Source: an uncultured bacterium
Lineage (GTDB): Bacteria > Patescibacteriota > Minisyncoccia > UBA6257 > GWB1-50-10
Direction: 5' to 3'
Length of the DNA stretch: 64,000 nucleotides
Assembly (NCBI GenBank): GCA_963713955.1
Contig: OY970216.1
Location: 72,075-136,074 of the forward strand
Made by a program: the position numbers and the translations under genes. Under the pieces are notes generated by a model. It saw only the letters and a program-made list of their open reading frames with translations. It had not been told where the DNA came from and made no database searches. This document shows positions 1 through 9,139 of the stretch, piece after piece. How positions within the stretch are numbered: position 1 is the stretch's first letter; each line of letters opens with the position of its first letter.

Positions 1-1662
1 CTTCTTTGCGAGTTCCCTCTTTAATTTCTTTATGGAGTCCTCGACTTGCTCCTTTCCCCGCAGCGTCAGGTGAAATTTCGTCTTGCTCGCATCAATGACG
101 TCGAGAACGTTATTCTCGGCCTCACCGTGTCGCATAACCCAGTAATTGTTCCGGGGGGCGCCGGTGCGCCGACTGAGTTCTCCAATACTCCCCACCGCTT
201 CCTGCCCGCCGCAGGTGGCGCACTTCCAAACGGGGATTGGATTCCCCCAGTAGCGGTTCCGGGAGATGTTCCAGTCCGGTGCCGCCTCGACGCTTTTCTC
301 GTAGCGCCCGTGCTTCAAGTGCTCCGGAAACCAGTTGATCTCCCGGCGGTTCGATTTCAGGAGTTCCGGCTTTATTTTCTGGACGTTCACGAACCACGCC
401 GGGATGGCATTGTAGAAAAGGGCGTTACCGCAACGCCAGCAATGCGGATACGAGTGCGTGTGCTGGAACCGACTGAAAAGAAGACTGCGTTTCTCGAGGT
501 CATCTTTCACGATTTTCTCGGAATCCTTGAAATACTTCCCGCGCAACGATGCGGGCGCTTTCTCGTTGAAAAGACCTTTCTCGTCGAGGAGCGGGACGAC
601 AGGCAACCCTTCGCGCACGCCCAAGTTGTAGTCGTCCTCTCCGTAGACGACGGCGGTGTGGACGACACCCGTCCCCTCCTCCGCCGTCACGAAATCAGCC
701 GGATAAACCCGGTATGACTTTTCGGTTTTAAGAGCGGGGATGTCGAAAAGCGGCTCATATTCCAGTCCCAATAGTTCCTTACCCGAAAAAAGATCGAACT
801 CGTCCTTAGAAAAGGTTTCCCTTTTAGGCAGGGCTCCCGATCCGGCGAGACGCTTATACGCCCCCTCCTCCAAAACTAACCAGTGGTTGGCTTTATTGGG
901 ATCCGGTAAACAAACAAATCTGTGCTCCGGATTTACCGCCAATGCGACGTTCCCGGGAAGAGTCCAGGGCGTCGTGGTCCAAGCCAAAAGCGAGACGTTT
1001 TGCCATTCCGGTTTCTTGCTTCTGATCCTAAATCTGACAGTCACCGATTCCTCCGTCACGTCCTCATAGCTGTTGTCCATGGCTACCTCAAAATTGGAGA
1101 TCGGCGTCTCACAGCGGGGACAGTAGAGAAGCACCTTCCTCCCTTCGTAAACCAAGTTCTTTTTATAAATTTCGCTGAAGGCCCACCAGACGGATTCCAT
1201 ATAATCCACATCCATCGTCTTGTAGGAGTTGTCGAATTCAATCCACCGCGCGATCCGGCGGACCATTTTCCCCCACTCGCCGGCATATTCCAGAACCACG
1301 CTCCTGCATGTTTCATTAAATTTCTTGATGCCGACGGCCTCTATCTGCTTCTTGCCGGAGATGCCGAGCTTGCGCTCCACGATTTCTTCAACCGGCAAGC
1401 CGTGGCAATCCCATCCCCATCTTCTCCTCACGAACCGTCCCTTCATCGTCTGGTAGCGCGGGATCACATCTTTGATCGTCGAGGCTAAAATGTGGCCATA
1501 GTGCGGGAGACCCGTCGCGAACGGCGGCCCGTCATAAAACGTGAAGGGTTTCCCTTTCTCCGTTTTCTTGAGGCTTTTTTCGAAAATCTTGTTTTCCTCC
1601 CAGAACTTCAGGACTTTCTTTTCTACTTCCGGCAAAGAGAATTTATCCAAATCATCGAGCAT
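1..1662 (-). CDS. ileS: Isoleucyl-tRNA synthetase (IleRS2 type), runs off the left edge of the window
   Basis: Not in the ORF track because it has no stop in the window. Manual translation from ATG at 1662 gives FYDGPPFATGLPHYGH, WGWDCHGLPVE, WTTTPWTLPGNVALAV, GTGVVH and DWNISRNRYWGNPIP. Confidence 0.96.
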   Translation of the reverse strand, partial: MLDDLDKFSLPEVEKKVLKFWEENKIFEKSLKKTEKGKPFTFYDGPPFATGLPHYGHILASTIKDVIPRYQTMKGRFVRRRWGWDCHGLPVEEIVERKLGISGKKQIEAVGIKKFNETCRSVVLEYAGEWGKMVRRIARWIEFDNSYKTMDVDYMESVWWAFSEIYKKNLVYEGRKVLLYCPRCETPISNFEVAMDNSYEDVTEESVTVRFRIRSKKPEWQNVSLLAWTTTPWTLPGNVALAVNPEHRFVCLPDPNKANHWLVLEEGAYKRLAGSGALPKRETFSKDEFDLFSGKELLGLEYEPLFDIPALKTEKSYRVYPADFVTAEEGTGVVHTAVVYGEDDYNLGVREGLPVVPLLDEKGLFNEKAPASLRGKYFKDSEKIVKDDLEKRSLLFSRFQHTHSYPHCWRCGNALFYNAIPAWFVNVQKIKPELLKSNRREINWFPEHLKHGRYEKSVEAAPDWNISRNRYWGNPIPVWKCATCGGQEAVGSIGELSRRTGAPRNNYWVMRHGEAENNVLDVIDASKTKFHLTLRGKEQVEDSIKKLKRELAKK

Positions 1663-1681
1663 TAACGAGTATCTTAGCGGA

Positions 1682-1749
1682 AACAACGCCAAAGCTCAAA
1701 TGACGCGAATCCCTTTCCACGTCGTTTGCGTCATGCAGTTCGCGTTGTT
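1682..1749. repeat. Intergenic imperfect hairpin between argS and ileS
   Basis: AACAACGC (1682) pairs with GCGTTGTT (1749); inner ATGACGCGAA pairs with TTTGCGTCAT. Confidence 0.6.
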
Positions 1750-1753
1750 AGCG

Positions 1754-3346
1754 TCACATTTCCTCCGGCGGCACAATGCCAAGGATCCTGAAAAGATTTT
1801 GGAAAACGACGGCGGTTGCCGAAACGAGTGCGAGCTTGGGTATTTCATCCTTCTCGCCAATGACTCTCTCTTTCTCATAGAAATTATGGAACGCACGGGC
1901 GGCGTCAAGCGCATACTTCGTGAGATGGTGAACCTCGCGATTTCTAGTCGAACTTTTCACGACATCCGGAAACGATGAGAGGATTGACATAAGCTTCCGC
2001 TCCGAGGGCGAGTTGAGTGCTCCAAGGTTTTTCGCCTTGATCCTCCCGTCTCCCCCGACGCCGGCTTTCGCAAGAATTTTCTTAGCTCTCACGTACGCGT
2101 ACTCGACATAAAATACCGGATTCTTCGATGATCTTTCTTTGGCTAAATCAAGATCGAAATCCAAATGGGACTGCGTTCCCACCATCAAGAAGAAAAACCT
2201 CGCGACGTTGACTCCCACCTCGTCGACCAGGCTCTCAAAGGTCACAAATTCTCCTTTCCTTTTCGACATTTTCACGAATTCCTTCCCCCTCTTCACGAGT
2301 ATGGCCTGCGTGATCACGACCTCAGATTCCCGCAACCCCAGGATGCGCGATATCGCCTCGATCCTTTTGACATACCCGTAGTGGTCGGGGCCGAGTACCA
2401 ATATTTTCGATTTGAAGCCGCGTTTCAGAGTCTCGAAGTAGTGGCCCGTGTCGGCAAGTATGTACGTGGAAAAGTTATCGCTCGTCACGAGCACCCGATC
2501 CTTGTCGTCTCCAAACTCGGTGGTTTTAAGCCACAATGCACCTTCGGACTCGTAGGCGAACCCCGATTCTTTGATCTTCCGCAGGGCCTTACGCACTAAA
2601 CCCTTTCGATGTATGTTTTTCTCGGACGTAAAGCGATCGAAGTGTATGCCCGATTTCTCCTCGAGGACTTTTTTGATCAAAGACAAAAAGTGCTTTGCGG
2701 CCTCCTCGCCCACGATCATGGGATCACCCTGGTGTTCCTCGACGAAATGGGCGTTTTCTTCCGCCCACCTCTTGACATAATCACCGCGGTAGAACTTGTC
2801 AGAGTCGCCGATGAAACCCAGCGCGGCGATCATGGACTTCCCGAGAGTCAGAATCTGGTTCCCCGTATCGTTCACATAATACTCACGTTCGACTTTCGCC
2901 CCGGAAAATTTGAGAAGATTCGAAAGAACGTCGCCGTAGAATCCGCCGCGGCCGTTCGCAAGGGTCAAAGGGCCCGTCGGATTCGCCGACACGTACTCAA
3001 CTTGGATTTTCCCCTTTGCGATCTTCGAGGAACCGTACTTTTTTTTCTTTTTCAAAACGGCCCCGATCTCCTCCTGGAGTACATCATCCCTCAGCCAAAG
3101 GTTTATAAACCCCCCGCCGGCTATGTCCACTTTAGCCAAGATATCCCCGAGAGATTCTTTTATCTCATTGGCCAGGATCGGAGCGATTTCCTGGGGGCGT
3201 TTCAGTTCATTCTGGGCCATGAGGAAAGCGATGTTCGTAAAATAATCGGCATCGGTTATCTTCCGGTCGGGGATGTCAACTAAAAAGTCACCGGCAAGAC
3301 CGGTGATTCTGCCGAGACGGCTCTCAATTTCTTCCTTGATCGTCAT
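1754..3346 (-). CDS. argS: Arginyl-tRNA synthetase
   Basis: VEYVSANPTGPL, DDKDRVL, GPDHYGY, KMSKRKG and NPVFYVEYAY (DALR anticodon domain). Start set at MTIKEEI. Confidence 0.95.
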   Translation of the reverse strand: MTIKEEIESRLGRITGLAGDFLVDIPDRKITDADYFTNIAFLMAQNELKRPQEIAPILANEIKESLGDILAKVDIAGGGFINLWLRDDVLQEEIGAVLKKKKKYGSSKIAKGKIQVEYVSANPTGPLTLANGRGGFYGDVLSNLLKFSGAKVEREYYVNDTGNQILTLGKSMIAALGFIGDSDKFYRGDYVKRWAEENAHFVEEHQGDPMIVGEEAAKHFLSLIKKVLEEKSGIHFDRFTSEKNIHRKGLVRKALRKIKESGFAYESEGALWLKTTEFGDDKDRVLVTSDNFSTYILADTGHYFETLKRGFKSKILVLGPDHYGYVKRIEAISRILGLRESEVVITQAILVKRGKEFVKMSKRKGEFVTFESLVDEVGVNVARFFFLMVGTQSHLDFDLDLAKERSSKNPVFYVEYAYVRAKKILAKAGVGGDGRIKAKNLGALNSPSERKLMSILSSFPDVVKSSTRNREVHHLTKYALDAARAFHNFYEKERVIGEKDEIPKLALVSATAVVFQNLFRILGIVPPEEM

Positions 3347-3403
3347 GACCTCAACATCTCTAGTATATAACAAAAAGACAGCAATCAGTATAATATAATC
3401 AAT

Positions 3404-3835
3404 ATGACGATATTTGCTGAAAACAAAAGGGCGCTCTTCAATTACGAGATTCTCGAGGCTTTTGAGGCCGGCCTGGAACTCAGGGGATTTGAGGTCAAAG
3501 CCATAACGACCGGACGGGTCAATCTTTCCGGATCATACGCCGCCGTAGTGAACGGCGAACTCTGGATAATAAACATGGACATACCGCCCTATCAGCCGGG
3601 CAACGTTCCGGCCGGATACGATGAGAGAAGATCCAGGAAACTCCTTGTCAAAAGATCGGAAATAAACCGGCTGATAGGCGCGACAAAAGGATTGACATTG
3701 ATACCGATTAAGTTGTATAATAAGCACGGAAAGATAAAGATTGAGATCGGTCTCGTAAAGCCCAGAAGTAAAAAAGACAAGCGCGAGGTCATCAAGAAAC
3801 GCGAAACAGAAAAAGAAATCAGACGATATAAATAA
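3404..3835 (+). CDS. smpB: SsrA-binding protein SmpB
   Basis: AENKRALFNY, EAGLELRGFEVKA, RKLL, GLTLIP and DKREVIKKRE; abuts tmRNA. Confidence 0.97.
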   Translation: MTIFAENKRALFNYEILEAFEAGLELRGFEVKAITTGRVNLSGSYAAVVNGELWIINMDIPPYQPGNVPAGYDERRSRKLLVKRSEINRLIGATKGLTLIPIKLYNKHGKIKIEIGLVKPRSKKDKREVIKKRETEKEIRRYK

Positions 3836-4180
3836 GGGGGCGCAAGCTTCGACAGGAAAGATCTTTAAAAGTAGCAGGCCGAGGAGCGATGAACTCGTAA
3901 AACCGTCGCAAACTAAGAACTGCCAACAATAAAGTTGCAGCCCCGGCATTGGCTTTCGCTTAATACCGGCCCCGACTTAATTTAAGCCGGGCATCGGTCC
4001 TTGACTCCCGCTAAAGGTCAACCGGTGTCATACTGCGGGATACGTCCGCTAAAAGGGCTTTCAATAAAAACGGACCAAATCCATCGGAAGCAAAACCGCC
4101 TTCATTAAATTGGAGACTAAGCTTGTAGAATACTTTTGAATAATTTCTTGGACGAGGGTCCAATCCCTCCGCCTCCACAA
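3836..4180 (+). ncRNA. ssrA: tmRNA; tag peptide (A)ANNKVAAPALAFA* at 3922-3963
   Basis: 5' end GGGGGCG...TTCGAC; 3' end GGACGAGGG-TCCAAT-CCCTC-CGCCTCC-ACAA; acceptor stem with a G.U pair; tag ORF ending AFA; directly after smpB. Confidence 0.95.
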
Positions 4181-4217
4181 TTAAAAATACCGGCATTCAT
4201 TGCCGGTATTTTTAATT
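4179..4217. terminator. Bidirectional intrinsic terminator after tmRNA
   Basis: Perfect inverted repeat AATTAAAAATACCGGCA / TGCCGGTATTTTTAATT. Confidence 0.8.
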
Positions 4218-4225
4218 GCTTGATT

Positions 4226-4410
4226 CGCGAAGAGGGATTGGACCGAGGAAAGGGCCGGAAAACCGGGAGGTTTTCCGTGGTGGAAGTACTGAAACCGCAA
4301 GGTGTCAGGGAGCGGCTTGCTGTATAGCGAGCCGCGACGGTTCACTCCCTCCACTCGATTCGCCCACCTTAAAAGGTGGGTTCACTCGTGGTAAACCATC
4401 TGCTTCGCCA
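4226..4410. repeat. Structured multi-hairpin element whose arms mirror the tmRNA T-arm, with a nested hairpin insert
   Basis: 4232-4244 is the exact reverse complement of tmRNA 4157-4169; 4339-4352 is a degenerate direct copy; three internal hairpins, two with GNRA loops. Confidence 0.65.
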
Positions 4411-4432
4411 TAATGATAGAGCCCTCTCGCAT

Positions 4433-4461
4433 TTGCATTTCCGGGCGTTTTTTATTACTAT
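4433..4461 (+). promoter_or_regulatory. Sigma70-type promoter of infC-rpmI-rplT
   Basis: TTGCAT-17 nt-TACTAT. Confidence 0.65.
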
Positions 4462-4467
4462 TCTCCT

Positions 4468-5007
4468 ATCGCTTATCAAAGATCATACAGACCAATACCG
4501 GTAGTTCCCCGGCAAAGAGTGAACGGTGAGATAACCGCGCCAGAACTCCGGGTTATCGACGAGAAGGGGGAAAATCTGGGTGTCCTGAGGAAGGAGGAAG
4601 CTTTGGCAAAAGCCATGAATGCCGGGCTGGATCTCATTGAAATAGCTCCGGATGCCAAACCGCCCGTCGCGAAGATCATGAGCTTCGATAAGTTCCGGTA
4701 CCAGAGAGAGAAAGAAGAAAAAAAAGCAAAGCAGGCCCAGAAGCCCAAGGAACTGAAACAAGTACAAATTTCCGCCCGCATCGCCCTGAACGATTTAGCA
4801 ATGAAAGCGAAGCAGGCCGAAAAATTCCTGTCGGAAGGCCACAAAGTGGAAATCAACGTGAGGCTCCGGGGAAGGGAAAAGGCGAACAAAGACTGGGCGC
4901 TCGGAAGACTCAAGGAATTCATCGAAACAATAACCGTCCCTTACCAAGTAACGATGGAACCGCGGCAGGGAGGGAGGGGCTACGTCATGCAGATAACCAA
5001 AAAATGA
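4468..5007 (+). CDS. infC: Translation initiation factor IF-3, probable non-canonical ATC start at 4468
   Basis: NGEITAPELRVID, GLDLIEIAPDAKPPVAKIM and LRGRE. The frame is open upstream of the ORF-track GTG (4519) to an in-frame ATC 6 nt after the -10 box. Confidence 0.93.
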   Translation: MAYQRSYRPIPVVPRQRVNGEITAPELRVIDEKGENLGVLRKEEALAKAMNAGLDLIEIAPDAKPPVAKIMSFDKFRYQREKEEKKAKQAQKPKELKQVQISARIALNDLAMKAKQAEKFLSEGHKVEINVRLRGREKANKDWALGRLKEFIETITVPYQVTMEPRQGGRGYVMQITKK

Positions 5008-5171
5008 AGAAAAGCATATCAAAGAGGATAAGAATCACGAAATCGGGGAAGATCATCCGGAGAGCGATGTCCTTGGGACACTCAAGAGCCAACAAACGGA
5101 CAACCCAAATCAAGAGGAAAAAAGGCGCGCGTTCGCTTTCCATGAGCGTAAATAAGATAAAAAACAACTGA
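5004..5171 (+). CDS. rpmI: 50S ribosomal protein L35
   Basis: Manual translation MKKSISKRIRITKSGKIIRRAMSLGHSRANKRTTQIKRKKG... (55 aa), lying between infC and rplT. Confidence 0.9.
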   Translation: MKKSISKRIRITKSGKIIRRAMSLGHSRANKRTTQIKRKKGARSLSMSVNKIKNN

Positions 5172-5521
5172 TGTCCAGGGTAAAAAGAGGTACAAACGCC
5201 CACAAAAAAAGAGAAAAACTGCTCAAGAAATCCAAGGGCTACCGATGGAGCAGGAAATCCAAAGAACGAGCGGCTCGCGAAGCTTTGCTCCACGGGCTCT
5301 CCCGCAAATTCAAGGGCAGGAAAGAGAAAAAAAGAGTCTACCGCTCCCTCTGGCAAGTGAAAATAAATGCCGCAGCGAGAGCAAACGGCACAACGTACAG
5401 CCGACTCATGAGCATGCTTAAAAAGAAAGGCGTGGAGCTCGACCGAAAAATACTCGCCGATGTCGCCGAAAACGATCCGGAAGTCTTCAAGAAGATAGTC
5501 AAGTTCGCTCAGCCCTCTTAG
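5171..5521 (+). CDS. rplT: 50S ribosomal protein L20
   Basis: MSRVKRG, RSLWQVKINAAAR and LDRKILADVA. Confidence 0.97.
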   Translation: MSRVKRGTNAHKKREKLLKKSKGYRWSRKSKERAAREALLHGLSRKFKGRKEKKRVYRSLWQVKINAAARANGTTYSRLMSMLKKKGVELDRKILADVAENDPEVFKKIVKFAQPS

Positions 5522-5972
5522 TTATCGCGCTATATGCTTTCTTCAGATTAGCCCTCAAATTGGGGGCTTTCAGCATCTTTAAGGCATCTTTGTAGAGAAA
5601 CCAGCCGTATCCTTGGTGCTCTCTCGGCACAATCGTGATTGATTGTGTTTTTGTTTCGGCGAGGTAGTAGATGACGAGACGCGGCACCCTCTTCCTTTCC
5701 TTCGTGTAAAAAACAAATCGGTCCGACACCTTGAACCAGTTCATGAAACGCAAGTCCCGTCCCTTGATCCCCGTTTCCTCCTCCACTTCCCGGAGCGCTG
5801 CCTTGAAACTCCGCTCGCCCTCGGCGAGCTTTCCTTTGGGGAAGTTCCAGTACGGCCCGCCATGATAAAGTAAAAGGAACTTCATCCCTTCATCGGTCCT
5901 TCTAAAAACGATCACGCCGGCGGAAACCGACAACGCTCCTTCTTTTTTATCTTCCAATGGTTGGGTCGCCAT
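5499..5972 (-). CDS. NUDIX hydrolase (Ap4A hydrolase-like)
   Basis: WNFPKGKLAEGERSFKAALREVEEETGI Nudix box, SAGVIVF and EHQGYGW. Confidence 0.88.
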   Translation of the reverse strand: MATQPLEDKKEGALSVSAGVIVFRRTDEGMKFLLLYHGGPYWNFPKGKLAEGERSFKAALREVEEETGIKGRDLRFMNWFKVSDRFVFYTKERKRVPRLVIYYLAETKTQSITIVPREHQGYGWFLYKDALKMLKAPNLRANLKKAYSAITKRAERT

Positions 5973-6615
5973 GGTCTCTTATGATGGGCTGTTTCAACGT
6001 TTCCTTGGGCAAAATCAAATCTGGAATGAAAAATAAAAGAGAGGCGGACAAGAAAGAAAGAAGCGCAGTCAGGACGAAGATGGAATCGAAGCCGAGGATG
6101 AGGGCAATGCTGCCGCCGACGAAAGCCATAATGGCCGAAATCGAATCGATCCCAAAATGATCCAGCGTCCATTCCACGGAGTAATGATCCTTGTCCAGAT
6201 GCCGCGAAAATATTGCCGGCCAGGACGAAGAATAGAGCGCGAAGGAAATTCCCTGAAGAGCCATCACGGCAAAAAGCTCCACGGCGCTCTTCACGGTCAA
6301 AAACAAAATCGACACACAGCCGCCTATGAAAAGACCGAGTATCAAAGCGTAAAAATCATCCTTCTCCCCTTCGTGCCGGTCGAGGTAGATCGATATCGGG
6401 ACTTCGGATATGGCCTTCACCAGGTAATAAATGGCGGCTGAAACGCCGACCGTAAAAACATTCGCCTCGCCTATCCTCTGGAGCACGAAGACGGCAAAAA
6501 CCGGGTTCAAAAGACCCCACCCTCCCCAAAAAAGATAATCGGACAGAATAAAAAACTTGACGACCCTGTTCATTTTCGACCCTTGGAAGCTGATTTTGAC
6601 GTTTAAAAATTTCAT
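5947..6615 (-). CDS. Half-size (about 6 TM) MFS-like membrane protein
   Basis: About six hydrophobic helices with MFS N-domain-like spacing (PISIYLDRHEG loop, QGISFALYSSSWPAIFS). Confidence 0.7.
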   Translation of the reverse strand: MKFLNVKISFQGSKMNRVVKFFILSDYLFWGGWGLLNPVFAVFVLQRIGEANVFTVGVSAAIYYLVKAISEVPISIYLDRHEGEKDDFYALILGLFIGGCVSILFLTVKSAVELFAVMALQGISFALYSSSWPAIFSRHLDKDHYSVEWTLDHFGIDSISAIMAFVGGSIALILGFDSIFVLTALLSFLSASLLFFIPDLILPKETLKQPIIRDHGDPTIGR

Positions 6616-6632
6616 GATCCCAAGGTTGTAAA

Positions 6633-9122
6633 CTAATCCTTAACGACTTGAAATTCGAAGTTTCCGTTTTGCAAAGAAATTTTGACCGTGTCACCTTTCT
6701 CGAGATTCCCTTCCAGTATTTTCTCGGCCAGAACGCTCTTTATCTTGTCGGATATGACTTTTCTCAAAGGCCGCGCGCCGAAAACCGGATCGTAGCCCAA
6801 GCGCCCGAGCTCCGCGAGAACCTCATCGTCATAAACAATGCTGATCCCCTTTTCTTCCGCAAGCGTCTCGCCGAGTTCCTTGACCGAAAGGTCGGCAATT
6901 TGCTTTATTTCTTCCTCTTTCAAGCCCCTGAAAACGACGATATCGGAAAAGCGGTTCAAAAGTTCCGGCTTGAAGTAGGCCGACAGTCTCTTCTTAATCT
7001 CGTCCGAAATTTCTTCTACCGTCTTCCCGCCCTCGATCTCCGACTTGATGAAATCGGAGTTTGCGTTCGACGTCGCGATGATGATTGTGTTTTGGAAATC
7101 GACCGTCTTCCCGAGACTGTCGGTCAAGCGGCCGTCGTCGAATACCTGGAGAAAAAGATTCAAGACGTCCGGATGCGATTTCTCGAACTCGTCGAGGAGG
7201 ACAAGCGTGTACGGATTTTCGGAAACCGCATCGGTCAAGGAGCCGGTCTTCGTGCCGTCGGGGTTGCCGATCAGAGTCCAGATGCTCATCTTGTCCTGAA
7301 ATTCCGACATGTCGAACCGCTGCATGGCCGACTTGGAGCCGAACTGGACCTCGGCTAAGATCTTCGAAAGTTCGGTCTTCCCGACACCGGTCGGCCCCAC
7401 GAAGAGAAACGAAGCGATGGGCCCACCCTGCCGCGAAAGCCCGCTCCGGTACTCGCGGAGCGCCTTTGAAACGGATGAAACGGCCGCGTCCTGGTTTATG
7501 AACTCCTTATGGATGATGCCTTCCAAGTCCAGCAGTTTCTCCGCTTCGCCCGACGTCACCCGCTGAATCGGGATCCTCGAGATTTTTTCCGCAACGGAGT
7601 CGATATCCGCGACCGCGAGTGTCTTTTTCTTGTCCTCTCTCACCTTGGCAAGCGCCTGCTTCAGGAGATCCACGGCGCTCCCCGGGAGAGGCTTGGCATG
7701 GAAATACCTCTTCGCGAGATAAACGGCCTCCCGGATCGAACTAAAAGGTACGAAAACGCCGTATTCCCGCTCAAGGATAAGACCCTGGTAGATGAGGAAC
7801 CTCGTCGCCTCCTCCTCGCTTATCTCGTCGACCCGCACAATCTCGAACTGCTCCAAGAAATCGGATCGTGGTTCAATGTATTCCTTGAATTCCCGGGGAT
7901 ACGTTTCCCCGATGACCGGTATTGCAGCGTTTTTGATGATCGGCAAAATCATGTCTATCGCGTTCATGGATGCGGCTGACGTCCTGAAAAGGTTATGGAC
8001 GTCGGGAATGAAGAGAACAATATTCCCGGCTGTCACGATCTCGTCCGTCACCTCGTTTAAGCGCGCGCTCAAGATTTCCTGGGGAGCGTTGGCAATCAGA
8101 TTATTCACCTCGAGCGAGACCAGCCGCTTGTCGAACAAAACTTCGGGGACCTCGTCCTTGATCATACTGAAAGCCAGGTGGTCTATGATCGTCGATTTCC
8201 CGACCCCTGCCTCCCCGACAAGGAGTGCGTTGGGTTTACCCGGCCTCGAAATGACCTGGATCAGATATTCGTATTCTTTCTCGTGCCCGATGAGAAGACC
8301 GATGGCCCTTCCTCTCGCGAGATCGGTCAAATCCGTGCTGAATTTGTCCAAGGTCGGCGTGGGTTTCGCTGTCCAAGCCCGGTTCATCACGCGGTGCCGC
8401 AGGAACCTCGGCTCATGAGCAAAGCCGCCCACGAGGCGCGGAAGAAATCTCACGCCGCCGAACATTCTCCTCCACTTCCCGAAAACCACCGCCGATTCCA
8501 CGTCTTCCTTCGTAAGACCCGAGGCGGTAAGTACTTTCGGCAAGTCTCCGTCTTTGACGTCAAAGATCGCGGCGAAGATGTTCCGGGGATAGATGAAACG
8601 ATCGCCGTGGAGCGCCGCATTCCGGAAGGCGCTCAAAACCAAGTCGCTGAGAACGTTAAGATACTGGTCGCCCGCGAGATCGTTTTTATTGCCGAAGATT
8701 GCCTTGGCCTTCTTCAAAAAGTTATCAGGATCGACGTCTAAACGCTTCAGGACTTCCCGAATTTCTTTCCGCTCGGCGAGAAGCGTAAGGAGGATGAGAT
8801 AAAAATTGGCGTTCGTTCCCCTCGATTTTCTGAACGCATAGCCGATTATCTTGTACGAGGCGGGTGTCAGGGCGAGCGCGACGTTGCCGCCGCCTGAGAG
8901 CTCACTCAAAGTTTTTTCACCGTCCCGCGCGTGGAGAAGTCTGTCAAGAAGGAAGAGCAAGAGCAGAGTTCCCAACGCTATCAGTCTCCCGCTCCCCGAG
9001 AGTATGAAAACGACGGCCGCCGCAACGAGAACCAGGTAAAAGCAGAAACCCACGAGCCGCACGATGAAATCGTCCGGCTGGCTTAACAATATCCTCCTGC
9101 TTTTGAAATAAATCTCGGCCAT
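6633..9122 (-). CDS. ClpA/B/C-family AAA+ ATPase with N-terminal transmembrane helices
   Basis: Two NBDs (GEAGVGKS; GPTGVGKTE, LLDEFEK, FKPELLNRF, GYDPVFGARPLR) and two TM segments at the N-terminus. Confidence 0.92.
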   Translation of the reverse strand: MAEIYFKSRRILLSQPDDFIVRLVGFCFYLVLVAAAVVFILSGSGRLIALGTLLLLFLLDRLLHARDGEKTLSELSGGGNVALALTPASYKIIGYAFRKSRGTNANFYLILLTLLAERKEIREVLKRLDVDPDNFLKKAKAIFGNKNDLAGDQYLNVLSDLVLSAFRNAALHGDRFIYPRNIFAAIFDVKDGDLPKVLTASGLTKEDVESAVVFGKWRRMFGGVRFLPRLVGGFAHEPRFLRHRVMNRAWTAKPTPTLDKFSTDLTDLARGRAIGLLIGHEKEYEYLIQVISRPGKPNALLVGEAGVGKSTIIDHLAFSMIKDEVPEVLFDKRLVSLEVNNLIANAPQEILSARLNEVTDEIVTAGNIVLFIPDVHNLFRTSAASMNAIDMILPIIKNAAIPVIGETYPREFKEYIEPRSDFLEQFEIVRVDEISEEEATRFLIYQGLILEREYGVFVPFSSIREAVYLAKRYFHAKPLPGSAVDLLKQALAKVREDKKKTLAVADIDSVAEKISRIPIQRVTSGEAEKLLDLEGIIHKEFINQDAAVSSVSKALREYRSGLSRQGGPIASFLFVGPTGVGKTELSKILAEVQFGSKSAMQRFDMSEFQDKMSIWTLIGNPDGTKTGSLTDAVSENPYTLVLLDEFEKSHPDVLNLFLQVFDDGRLTDSLGKTVDFQNTIIIATSNANSDFIKSEIEGGKTVEEISDEIKKRLSAYFKPELLNRFSDIVVFRGLKEEEIKQIADLSVKELGETLAEEKGISIVYDDEVLAELGRLGYDPVFGARPLRKVISDKIKSVLAEKILEGNLEKGDTVKISLQNGNFEFQVVKD

Positions 9123-9139
9123 ATTCTTAAATCATATCC

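Noticed and set aside
1663-1753. T-box riboswitch upstream of ileS
   Set aside because: The gap is only about 90 nt and has no AAGGTGGTACC T-box consensus.
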